Shown: positions 51,601 through 60,229 of the stretch, one piece after another | Layout of the letters: each line of letters begins with the position of its first letter | How positions within the stretch are numbered: position 1 is the first letter of the stretch | Source of the DNA: Zygnema circumcarinatum SAG 698-1b | Lineage: Eukaryota > Plantae > Zygnematophyceae | Assembly (NCBI GenBank): GCA_037447605.1 | Contig: CM074814.1 | Location: forward strand, 1,550,001 to 1,614,000 | Reading direction: 5' to 3' | Length of the DNA stretch: 64,000 nucleotides | The notes under the pieces: model-generated | Told to the model about the DNA's origin: nothing | Databases searched by the model: none | Seen by the model: only the letters and a program-made list of their open reading frames with translations | Program-made: the position numbers and the translations under genes

Positions 51601-51729
51601 TCCTTCAGTCGGCTCCTTGGGATTTGCCTTCTCTCGCACGAGGAACACTTGGCCTTGCGTGCCGCTGCCGATGCGACGGATGAGGTGGTACGCTCCATTG
51701 AACGACGACTCGTCGGAGCCATTCATCAT
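39620..51729 (-). CDS. NIMA-related (NEK) Ser/Thr protein kinase with a Ser/Pro-rich C-terminal tail
   Basis: Exons 51729-51409, 51185-51149, 50833-50767, 50531-50438, 43011-42825, 42619-42496, 42328-42230, 41503-41215 and about 40745-39620. They give [36 protein letters not shown]|[17 protein letters not shown] and [12 protein letters not shown]. Confidence 0.9.
41530..42001. repeat. Minisatellite, 7 copies of a 67-bp unit, in a NEK intron
   Basis: ggacaaggg starts at 41538, 41605, 41672, 41739, 41806, 41873 and 41940 (period 67). Confidence 0.95.
43372..43728 (-). pseudogene. rpl14: Plastid rpl14, lacking its last codons (fused to nuclear intron sequence)
   Basis: [24 protein letters not shown]...KIVSLAP, then diverges into non-plastid sequence. 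Confidence 0.85.
43788..44123 (-). CDS. rpl16: Plastid rpl16, 3' part (cut by N gap)
   Basis: [26 protein letters not shown]...[13 protein letters not shown]. Confidence 0.9.
   Translation of the reverse strand, partial: RFGLQALEPSWITSRQIEAGRRAMTRYARRGGKLWIRIFPDKPITMRPAETRMGSGKGSPEYWVAVVKPGRILYEMSGVSETIARAAMRIAAFKMPIKTQFVKAPILAVIR
44134..44401 (-). CDS. rps8: Plastid rps8, 5' part (GTG start, cut by N gap)
   Basis: [16 protein letters not shown]...[10 protein letters not shown], with AGGAG upstream of the GTG. Confidence 0.9.
44470..45030 (-). CDS. rpl5: Plastid rpl5 (copy 1)
   Basis: MTQRLKTFY...[16 protein letters not shown]...[21 protein letters not shown]...[10 protein letters not shown]...EQLMFPEI. 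Confidence 0.92.
   Translation of the reverse strand: MTQRLKTFYLNSVVPKLRKQLQYQNLHQVPQVTKIVINCGLGEASQNAKSLESTLRDLSFITGQKPIVTRAKKSIAGFQIRAKMSVGVCVTLRADAMYAFLDRLIHLALPRIRDFQGLNSNSFDGQGNFHLGLKEQLMFPEIDYDKIEKLRGMDICIVTSCQNNKEALELLVAIGMPFQIPISKSA
45204..45572 (-). CDS. rpl14: Plastid rpl14 (complete copy)
   Basis: 122-aa uL14 ending IVSLAPEVL. Confidence 0.92.
   Translation of the reverse strand: MIQPQSYLNVADNSGARKLMCIRVLGSGNQKYANIGDMIIAVVKETVPNMPLKKSEVVRAVIVRTCKGIKRDNGMALRFDDNAAVVINQEGNPRGTRVFGPVARELRDLNFTKIVSLAPEVL
45855..46415 (-). CDS. rpl5: Plastid rpl5 (copy 2)
   Basis: Same translation as copy 1. Confidence 0.92.
   Translation of the reverse strand: MTQRLKTFYLNSVVPKLRKQLQYQNLHQVPQVTKIVINCGLGEASQNAKSLESTLRDLSFITGQKPIVTRAKKSIAGFQIRAKMSVGVCVTLRADAMYAFLDRLIHLALPRIRDFQGLNSNSFDGQGNFHLGLKEQLMFPEIDYDKIEKLRGMDICIVTSCQNNKEALELLVAIGMPFQIPISKSA
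46589..46957 (-). CDS. rpl14: Plastid rpl14 (complete copy)
   Basis: Same 122-aa translation. Confidence 0.92.
   Translation of the reverse strand: MIQPQSYLNVADNSGARKLMCIRVLGSGNQKYANIGDMIIAVVKETVPNMPLKKSEVVRAVIVRTCKGIKRDNGMALRFDDNAAVVINQEGNPRGTRVFGPVARELRDLNFTKIVSLAPEVL
47017..47352 (-). CDS. rpl16: Plastid rpl16, 3' part
   Basis: Same as 43788-44123. Confidence 0.9.
   Translation of the reverse strand, partial: RFGLQALEPSWITSRQIEAGRRAMTRYARRGGKLWIRIFPDKPITMRPAETRMGSGKGSPEYWVAVVKPGRILYEMSGVSETIARAAMRIAAFKMPIKTQFVKAPILAVIR
47363..47630 (-). CDS. rps8: Plastid rps8, 5' part
   Basis: Same as 44134-44401. Confidence 0.9.
47699..48259 (-). CDS. rpl5: Plastid rpl5 (copy 3)
   Basis: Same translation as copy 1. 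Confidence 0.92.
   Translation of the reverse strand: MTQRLKTFYLNSVVPKLRKQLQYQNLHQVPQVTKIVINCGLGEASQNAKSLESTLRDLSFITGQKPIVTRAKKSIAGFQIRAKMSVGVCVTLRADAMYAFLDRLIHLALPRIRDFQGLNSNSFDGQGNFHLGLKEQLMFPEIDYDKIEKLRGMDICIVTSCQNNKEALELLVAIGMPFQIPISKSA
48433..48801 (-). CDS. rpl14: Plastid rpl14 (complete copy)
   Basis: Same 122-aa translation. Confidence 0.92.
   Translation of the reverse strand: MIQPQSYLNVADNSGARKLMCIRVLGSGNQKYANIGDMIIAVVKETVPNMPLKKSEVVRAVIVRTCKGIKRDNGMALRFDDNAAVVINQEGNPRGTRVFGPVARELRDLNFTKIVSLAPEVL
48861..49196 (-). CDS. rpl16: Plastid rpl16, 3' part
   Basis: Same as 43788-44123. The 203-aa ORF 48861..49472 is an rps8/rpl16 chimera across the N gap. Confidence 0.9.
   Translation of the reverse strand, partial: RFGLQALEPSWITSRQIEAGRRAMTRYARRGGKLWIRIFPDKPITMRPAETRMGSGKGSPEYWVAVVKPGRILYEMSGVSETIARAAMRIAAFKMPIKTQFVKAPILAVIR
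49207..49472 (-). CDS. rps8: Plastid rps8, 5' part
   Basis: Same as 44134-44401, apart from 2 nt fewer at the gap. Confidence 0.9.
49541..50101 (-). CDS. rpl5: Plastid rpl5 (copy 4)
   Basis: Same translation as copy 1. It is followed by only the last ~73 bp of rpl14 (50275-50347). Confidence 0.92.
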   Translation of the reverse strand: MTQRLKTFYLNSVVPKLRKQLQYQNLHQVPQVTKIVINCGLGEASQNAKSLESTLRDLSFITGQKPIVTRAKKSIAGFQIRAKMSVGVCVTLRADAMYAFLDRLIHLALPRIRDFQGLNSNSFDGQGNFHLGLKEQLMFPEIDYDKIEKLRGMDICIVTSCQNNKEALELLVAIGMPFQIPISKSA

Positions 51730-52479
51730 GATCTGCACTCGCTGGAGATCAATAGAATCACACAATGAAAACTGACGCATGCGAAACATTAAGAGTTTCC
51801 CCCTGTCGGTTCATCAATTCGAAACGACCATGCAAAGGAGCTCTAACAAAGTTAAAAAGATCCTCGCACTGACTGACCTCGAAATACGACACCTGTTTCG
51901 GAAGTCGTCCCGCTCAATTCAGAAACGAACTTCAACGAATGCTGAAGTTCCCTCCTAGACCTCCATGTTCGACCGGCTTCATAAGCACCAGCCAGTCGGC
52001 AATGCAGAACTCGCAGCCTCTCCCCTCAGCTCCCTCCCTCCCTCCCACTCTTTCTCTCTCCCTCCCTCCTCTCCCCTTCCGTCCTCCCCATCCATCTTCC
52101 CCGCAGGTGTAGGCGAGCGGCCGCGCCCCCTCTCGGAAGCGGCGCCGCGCGCCTCCGACAGTCCGCCGGCGGCGGCGGCCCCGCCCTCGCCCGCCCTCGT
52201 CCCTCGTCCTCGTACGGACGCGCCCAAAGAAACCAGCGCCCGGCCGGGCCCCGATGCGGCGCGCCGGGTCACGTCGCGTCACATCACGCCAGGTCACAAC
52301 GGATCCATGGGTGTCCGATCGGAAAAATCGCGTTTCCAGTTTTGGATTTTTTGACGGTGATCAGCGAAACAGTTACAGCGTTTCTGGACTTGGTTTGACT
52401 TAACGGGGTCTCCATAGACCTACATAGAGCCTCAAATGACAATGGTTGGTTGAACCAACCATTGTGCTGCGAACGGATT

Positions 52480-52510
52480 CTATATAACGTCTCACGAGTG
52501 TTCTGGAAAG
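52480..52510 (+). promoter_or_regulatory. Putative TATA box and heat-shock-element-like TTCnnGAA upstream of the sHSP
   Basis: TATATAA near 52481 and TTCTGGAA at 52501-52508. Confidence 0.3.
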
Positions 52511-52567
52511 CGCGTTTTGCCCTAATTTTGCGGCAGCTGTCGAAGGTGGGGACAGAGATGAGCAGCC

Positions 52568-53053
52568 ATGGCGATGGGAGGGCCCGCAGGTTCTATGCAG
52601 AAGGAAGCTGAGGGGGACGGCAGCACGCCTCCCTTTCTCCTCCATACTGCTGAGTCTCTCTTTGGAAGAATGTTACGTGGCAGACCAGGCATGGCCGTTG
52701 ACATAAAGGACACGGCAAATGCAGTTGTCATTGCTGCGGAGCTCCCGGGCGTGAGGAGGGAGGATCTTGAAGTGAAGGTGGATTCAGGAAACGTGCTAAC
52801 CATCACCGCTGCGAGGAAGGAGGAGGAGCTGAAGAATGGCGATGTGTATCTATCGATTGAACGGAGCAGGGCGAAGGAGGTCGTCCGCAGGTTTCAGTTG
52901 CAGGAGAATATGGAAATTGGAAGAGCTCAAGCCGTTTTCGATAACGGACTGCTGACTGTCACTATTCCAAAACGTGCGCCGAAGGAAGAAGAGAAGCCGC
53001 GGGTGATACCGGTGAAAGGCTCCACTGGTCTCTTCGGGCAGTCCCGCCTGTAA
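52568..53053 (+). CDS. Small heat shock protein (HSP20/alpha-crystallin domain), peroxisomal type (C-terminal SRL)
   Basis: Intronless 161-aa ORF with VDIKDT...AELPGVRREDLEVKV...RRFQLQEN...FDNGLLTVTIPK, an IPV motif and terminal SRL-stop. Confidence 0.92.
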   Translation: MAMGGPAGSMQKEAEGDGSTPPFLLHTAESLFGRMLRGRPGMAVDIKDTANAVVIAAELPGVRREDLEVKVDSGNVLTITAARKEEELKNGDVYLSIERSRAKEVVRRFQLQENMEIGRAQAVFDNGLLTVTIPKRAPKEEEKPRVIPVKGSTGLFGQSRL

Positions 53054-53969
53054 AGGTAAAGACAAAAAGGGGTTTTTTCAAGTTTTTGGTTTTGTTTCTT
53101 CTCTCGGAATAGCGACGCCGAGATGACAGCGAATGAAAAATGACAGCGACAACGACAACGACTTGACGTTTTGTATGTCGTTTGTTCTTCAGTGGCTGTC
53201 CTTGCTTTTCCCCAGCAGTTTTTTTGCGCGTGAAGATGTTAAAAATGTTTGGAATACAAGAGGCGTAAGCTTTCGTGGAATTTAGATGAGCGAGGAGAAT
53301 TGGCGTTGCAGTTGGGCCGTAGGCTCGCCGGCAGAATAGGAGTTTAAAGAGTGGTAGCTGTGACTGTACTTTCCAGTGTTGTACAGATTAGCGGATGAAT
53401 CATATGTGCAGTGGGAATGTGAAGGAGCTGGAACTGAATCTTCGTTGTCTTGACCAGCCGCAGATGGTTGTATATAATTGTACATATCTAAATCCCAATC
53501 CCAATCTGGTATCTGAATTCCAAGTTGATACCGAATGATTGTCCCTTCGGCTTGTCACTTCAATGCAGGACATTAACTTGTAAGCGGATGTGCTTTGAGT
53601 AACTTTTGGCTTCAAATGATTAGATGTTGGGAAAGTAGATGCAAGTATCAAGCACTGTCGCCAAAATATCCACGAACATTACGTAATGCACAACCAATTA
53701 AACGTGAATATCTTGCACTCAACCTGCGCGAGTCTTTGTGAATATCCTACTTCAATTTTCGTTTTCTTCAGAGTCATTTCATTCAAAACAGATACAGCGA
53801 AGCATCAAAGCCGCTAGTGGCTCTATTTGTATTCAAACATCCATAGGCGTTTCAATCCGTCTACTCTATCAGCACAAAAGTATTGTAAACTCAAAACAAG
53901 CGAAAGTTATGACTTTTCTCTCCCCTCGCTTCACCTCCCTCTCCCCTCCCCTGACTATGACGCAGCCCT

Positions 53970-55992
53970 TTAAAGCTCACTCCCATCCCACCTTCTCCAT
54001 TTCCTAAAGTCACCGCCAATGCTCCTCGCGATGCCCACGCCCCTAGTCCTCTGCCCGCCCTCCAGCTCCCCCACCCCCACATAATACATCCACAGCTCGC
54101 CGTCCTCCCTCACCACCACGTGGGGTGCGCTCACCAGCACGTTGTCCCACACATCCACTCCTCTCCTTGCTCTAAGCACGGGGCCGCCGGGCTCGGGCCC
54201 TGCAAGGCTATCCTTCTGCCACGTGTACCCGTCTGGCGATGTGGCCAGCCCTATAGCGTACTCCCGCGCATAGTTCATACCCTCATAGAGAAGTAGCCAT
54301 TTATTTCCCAACCGAAAAATGTGCCGCTTGTTTACTCCAGCCTCGTCCCACGCCCCGGGGGGGCCCCTAAAGAGGCAAGGTCCTTGCTTCACCCTGCAGC
54401 CATGGATGGAGGGAGAGAACTCTCACACTCGGACAGGAGTATACACATACACGCACAGCCACACAGATCCCCCTCCCCCTCCCCCTCCCCTCCCTCCCCT
54501 CCCCTCCCCCTCCCCCTCCCCCTCCCCCTCCCCCTCCCCCTCCCCCTCCCCTCCTCCCCTCCCCCTCCCCCTCCCCCTCCCCCTCCCCCTCCCCCTCCCC
54601 CTCCCCCTCCCCCTCCCCTCCCCCCTCCCCCTCCCCCTCCCCCTCCCCTCCCCTCCCCCTCCCCCTCCCCTCCCCTCCCCTCCCCCTCCCCCTCCCCCTC
54701 CCCCTCCCCTCCCCCCTCCCCCTCCCCCTCCCCCTCCCCCTCTCTCTCTCTCTCTCTCTCGTCCAGATTGAGGGCCCTCTCACCAGTTAGAGATTCCGTC
54801 GTCCGAAACGGCTCTACCAATTGTATAGCAGTAGTTCCCTCGCGCTTCGGCCGGCGGCGTGCCAGGTGGCGCGTGCACAGGGTTCGCCGGATCCCCCATA
54901 GTTTGGTAGTACATGATCCACTCTCCCTCCTCTCCCTCCTCTCCCTCCTCTCCCTCCCTCGCATTGTGCACAACTCGGGGCCACGCGGCAGCGAGAGAGT
55001 CCCACTCCCCCTCCGCCCCCAACTCAAGGAGCGGCTTTTGGGAGCGCTCCCACGTGACTCCGTCCACAGAAGTGGCGAGTCCGGGCCGCATCACCGTCCC
55101 TTTGTAGCTCGGCTGCCCCGGCCACCACGGGACGGGCATCTCGTCCATGCCGCCTGTACGGAACTTGAAGATTATTTGAGCAGTCGGAATAACAGAATGG
55201 ATGAGGAACGAACGAATTAGATTAGAAGAAGGTGGAATTGGAAGGGTGAGAGTGAAGGTCAGAGCGGGAGAGAAGAGAGGGTCAGGCGCTGACCTCCGTA
55301 GTAGAACATCCTCCACGTGCCGTCCGGCAGGAGGTGCACGTCGCTGCATCCGACTTGGACGCTGTCGAACGCAGCGGGGTCGTCGGAGGGGTCGAAAACC
55401 GCTCCGCCGGGAAGCGGCCCGACATACCTGCGCGCGGGAAGTCGAGATTCAAATTTTCTGTATCGAGCCCAAGTACATCTCTCTCTCTCTCTCTCACGTA
55501 AACACGCACACACACTCCCTTCCCATCTCCCTCCCGGTCTCATTCTCACCTCTCCCAGCGCAGTCCATCAGGGCTAATGGCGAGGCCCACCCTCCCAAAG
55601 GGAGTTCCGGGCATCGCAGGGACTTGGTGTCCCCAGCGGTCCCCCCCCCGCCCGCTGTAGTACATCCGCCACGCGTCCCTCCCCGCGCGGACCACGACGG
55701 GGCCCGAGAACAGCGCCGCGTCCCACGCGCCGCCCTCCTCCGCCCCCACCTTCTCCTTCACCTGCGCGGGAGAGGGAGAGGGAGAGGGAGAGGGAGAGGG
55801 CCCGAAAACGCGCCCCGCGAACCGCGCGTCGCCGCCGGACCCGCCCTCCGCCGCCGCCCGAACGCTGGACGGCCCTTCAGGTCTGCGCGCGCGCCTGCGC
55901 AGGAGGCGGGGGAGGAGGAGGCTCTCAGGAGGCTCCCTGCGGGGAAGGAGCGGCTGCCGGAGGGACGCGGGAGCGGAGAAAGGGCCGGCCAT
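53970..55992 (-). CDS. Five-bladed beta-propeller glycoside-hydrolase-like protein (arabinanase/levansucrase/invertase superfamily), copy 1, ~456 aa
   Basis: Exons 55992-55550, 55427-55294, 55153-54784 and 54393-53970 total 1371 nt. Five repeats of (W/F)D...W(R/I)MYY...GxAxSxDGxxW follow an Arg/Ala/Ser-rich transit-peptide-like N-terminus. Confidence 0.85.
54468..54760. repeat. (CCCCT)n/(CT)n polypyrimidine microsatellite in an intron
   Basis: About 290 bp of almost exclusively C/T. It accounts for the Pro- and Gly-rich spurious ORFs here. Confidence 0.9.
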
Positions 55993-56631
55993 AGCGGCGG
56001 GCGGGCTGGCGGGAGGGAGGGAGGGGAGGGAGGGAGGAGACGGCGCTTTTTGGCTTCGGCCAATTGTTGGCGGAGGAGGGTCAGGAGGGAGGCAGTTTTG
56101 GCTGCCACGTGGCACTACTACGCGTGTAAAGGTGCGCTCGCATTGGGTGAGGCGTACGGAAAGGTCCACACGTGGCACTCAATGACGCGCCCTCAGGGGA
56201 GGGAAGATTCAACACCTCCAAGATTGGCGGAACACGCTCGGTCAACGATGACGTGGCACGCTGGCAGGACACCGTACTGTCGCCGATCCGACGACATTGG
56301 GCGGCTACGACCCCACCGACATTGAGCGTGTCGACATCGTTTGTCGTTTCCGCGTGCTTGCGCGCTTTTGCCTCCGTTTCCATGCAGCGACTGTGTCGGT
56401 CAGTTCCAGGGCCAGTCCTGACATTTTGTATTCGCCGCCGTTAAATGGCGCACGGCTAGCGTGACGGCCAACAGCGACAAAGAGCCAGCCGGAGGGAGGG
56501 AGGGGGGCGGGCGGGCGGGCGGGCGGGCTCGGCTCGAAGGGCGGAGGGGGAGGAGGGGAGGGGAAGAAGGGGAGGGAGGGAGGGAGGGAGGGAGGGAGGG
56601 AGGGAGGGGGGTAGTTCTGGTGCAGACGGGT

Positions 56632-57251
56632 ATGGCGAGCAAGAGTTTCGGTGTGACGCCCCGGATATGTTTCGGGTGTATGCTTTTGTCGGTTGCCATG
56701 CTGTCTTTTCGTCAAAGTAAGGTATCCAGTCAGCCTTCATTTTTTATGTCTATGATGTATTCCACGTGGCAAGTCAATGGAGACGCCCGAACCCGCGGAG
56801 TCCATAAGGCGATTTACGAGGCGGTGGCGGCGGGAAATGACAAACAGAAGTCGAAAGAGAAGGCCGAAACGACTCAATTGCTGCCGCCTGTGCCGCCTGT
56901 GACGCAGGTAACAAGGGGGGGAGGGGGAGGGAGGGGGGTAGGGAGGAAGGGGAGGGGAGGGGGAGGGGGAGCGGGGGGTGGGAGGGAGGATGCCACAGGC
57001 GGAGGCCGCCGCGGCGTCATCCTCCCCAGAATGTCTCTCGCTGTCGCGGGGGCAGTGCAGGGGTCCGAACTGCACACGTGTCCGCCGGAGTTTCACGAGC
57101 TGCGAAGGGTGGAGGAGTCTCCCACGGTGAGGAGGGGCACCGGATTGACACGCCGAGGTCTACACTGCGGGAGGAGTTGAGAGGGCTGGATGATTCGGAT
57201 GTGGAGAACGAAAGCATGTCCGCGCATAAATTGTTGAAGCACATTGGAAAG
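56632..57251 (+). CDS. Possible small hypothetical gene between the two propeller genes
   Basis: GC-rich open frames end at donor-like CAG|GTAACA (56907) and AAG|GTAATG (57251). There is no recognisable domain and the terminal exon is unclear. Confidence 0.25.
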
Positions 57252-57630
57252 GTAATGCTAAGGGCGAAAAAACAAAAAAAAAACGACTCACTCGCAACCT
57301 TGGAGGCAAGTTCGGCTTTAAGCCAACCCTCCATTTAGGGTTCAATTTGCCAGTTCCGCAGATACGATCGTACATTTACGCGAAAACAGATTTTTATTTT
57401 TTTTTATTTTATTATTGTTATTATTATTGTTTTGATTGATCTTGAACAATTATATTACGCTTTGCCAAAGTAAAAAAAAAAAAAACACTTGCAGCCTAAC
57501 CATACTTTGCACAGGGTTCTGGATCCTTGCATCCAGGGTTTTTCTTCGACCCCCCCCCCCCTCAATTTTTTGAAGTTTGGGGGAGTGTTGAAGGCCGAAC
57601 GATGGAAACGTTCTCTGCCACTCCACTCCA

Positions 57631-59496
57631 TCACAAACCCAGCGCGCCTTTTTTTTCCCATCCGTCCAATCTTCTCCATTTCCTAAAGTCGCCGCCAATG
57701 CTCCTCGCGATGCCCACGCCCCTAGTCCTCTGCCCGCCCTCCAGCTCCCCCACCCCCACATAATACATCCACAGCTCGCCGTCCTCCCTCACCACCACGT
57801 GGGGTGCGCTTACCAACACGTTGTCCCACACATCCACTCCTCTCCTTGCTCTAAGCACGGGGCCGCCGGGCTCGGGCCCTGCAAGGCTATCCTTCTGCCA
57901 CGTGTACCCATCTGGCGATGTGGCCAGCCCTATAGCGTATTCCTCCGCATAGTTGATACCCTCGTAGACAAGAAGCCATTGACCTTCCGACCGAAAAATG
58001 TGACGTGCGTTCACTCCAGCCTCGTCCCACGCCCCGGGGTCTCCCCTATAGAGGCAGGGTCCTTGCTTCACCCTGCAGCCATGGATGGAGGGAGAGAGCT
58101 TTTCACTACGAAGAGCTGGAAATTCGGAAGGGACTATTCCCTAGCCCATATGTTTGTGTGTATACACATCCACTCACATCCACACAGCTCCCTCCGCTCT
58201 CTCTCTCTCCCTCCCACTATTTCTGTCTCTGTGTGTCTCTCTCGTGCAGATTGAGGGTTCTCTCACCAGTTAGAGATTCCGTCGTCCGAAACGGCTCTAC
58301 CAATTGTATAGCAGTAGTTCCCTCGCGCTTCGGCCGGCGGCGTGCCAGGTGGCGCGTGCACAGGGTTCGCCGGATCCCCCATAGTTTGGTAGTACATGAT
58401 CCACTCTCCCTCCTCTCCCTCCTCTCCCTCCTCTCCCTCCCTCGCATTGTGCACAACTCGGGGCCACGCGGCAGCGAGAGAGTCCCACTCCCCCTCCGCC
58501 CCCAACTCAAGGAGCGGCTTTTGGGAGCGCTCCCACGTGACTCCGTCCACAGAAGTGGCGAGTCCGGGCCGCATCACCGTCCCTTTGTAGCTCGGCTGAC
58601 CGGGCCACCACGGGACGGGCATCTCGTCCATGCCGCCTGTACGGAACTTGAAGATTATTTGAGCAGTCGGAATAATAGCAACGATGAGGAACGAATGAGT
58701 TGAGTGAAGGTGCGGGCGGGAGAGGGACGGGCGCTGACCTCCGTAGTAGAACATCCTCCACGTGCCGTCCGGCAGGAGGTGCACGTCGCTGCATCCGACT
58801 TGGACGCTGTCGAACGCAGCGGGGTCGTCGGAGGGGTCGAAAACCGCTCCGCCGGGAAGCGGCCTCACATACCTGCGCGGGGGAAGAGAGGATAAGTATC
58901 CACGCTAGAAAAATGATGCTGCTTCGCGTTTCCTGTGTGTAATTTGTCAGAATTTCCGAGCCCAGTTGTATGTCCTCCCTCTATGTCCCTCCACACGCAC
59001 AAACACATACACACCTTCTCACTATTCATCACCTTGTCCAGCGAACTCCGTCGTGGCTGGTAGCGAGGCCCACCCTTCCGAAGGGAGCGCAAGGCAGCGC
59101 AGGGACTTGGTGTCCCCAGCGGTCCCCCCCCCGCCCGCTGTAGTACATCCGCCACGCGTCCCTCCCCGCGCGGACCACGACGGGGCCCGAGAACAGCGCT
59201 GCGTCCCACGCGCCTCCCTCCGCCCCCGCCTTCGCCTTCGCCTGCGCGGGAGAGGGAGAGGGAGAGGGAGAGGGAGAGGGAGTGGGAGAGGGAGAGGGAG
59301 AGGGCCCGAAAACGCGCCCCGCGAACCGCGCGTCGCCGCCGGAACCGCCCTCCGCCGCCGCTCGCACGCTGGACGGCGCTTCAGGTCTGCGCGCGCGCCT
59401 GCGCAGGAGGCGGGGGAGGAAAAGCCTCTCGGGAGGCTCCCTGCGGGGAAGGAGCGGCTGCCGGAGGGACGCGGGAGCGGAGAAAGGGCCGGCCAT
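57631..59496 (-). CDS. Five-bladed beta-propeller glycoside-hydrolase-like protein, copy 2 (tandem paralog)
   Basis: Same four-exon layout and near-identical protein to 53970-55992. Confidence 0.85.
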
Positions 59497-60229
59497 GCCT
59501 CGGCCCGGCCCGGCCCGGCTGGCGTGTGGGAGGGAGGGAGGGAGGGAGGGAGGGCGGGAGGGAGAGGGAGAGGGAGAGAGAGATAGAGGGAGGGAGGGCG
59601 GGAGGGAGGGCAGGGCTATGGGGGCAAAGCGCTTTTTGACGCCAATTGCTGGCGGGCGCAGGGACGTTCGCCTCGTGGCCTCGATACACGCGGGACGAGA
59701 CGCTCTCATTGGGCGAGTCAACCGTGAAAATCGAAACCATGCTGACGTGGCACGCGTTGACCCGCCGTCCAAGATTGGCGGAACAAGGTGACGTGGCAGT
59801 GACAAGTGGATTTCGTACTGTTTTCCCGACGCCGGCGACATTGGGCGGCTGCAATCCCACGGACATTGCATTGACATTGGCGCGTGTGGAGGTCGTTCCG
59901 TTGTCGTTCCCGCAATCCTTTGTCTCGCAGTTAAGTGCTGCTCCCGTTAAACGGCGCGTGGCGCGTTTCTCCATGGAACAAGGCCATCCATGGCCGCCTC
60001 TAAACATCAGAACCAGTACATACAGGGCAGGCATACCAGCTACGTTCCCGCCCCCCTCCCCCCTCCCCCCCCCTTTCTTAACACAAGAAAGCATGGGCCA
60101 CCGCAGCAATATCACCACACGCATCTATCTGCTCAGAGAAGCCGCGCGAGCGCTCCCATTATTCATTCAGCCACCAAGGTAGACAGACAGACAGACAGAC
60201 ATGCTTTCTTCGCTGAGCTCTACTCCTGT

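Noticed and set aside
54319-55220. Long Pro-rich and Gly/Arg-rich ORFs (extensin-like)
   Set aside because: These are translations of the (CCCCT)n intron and of the antisense strand of the propeller gene.
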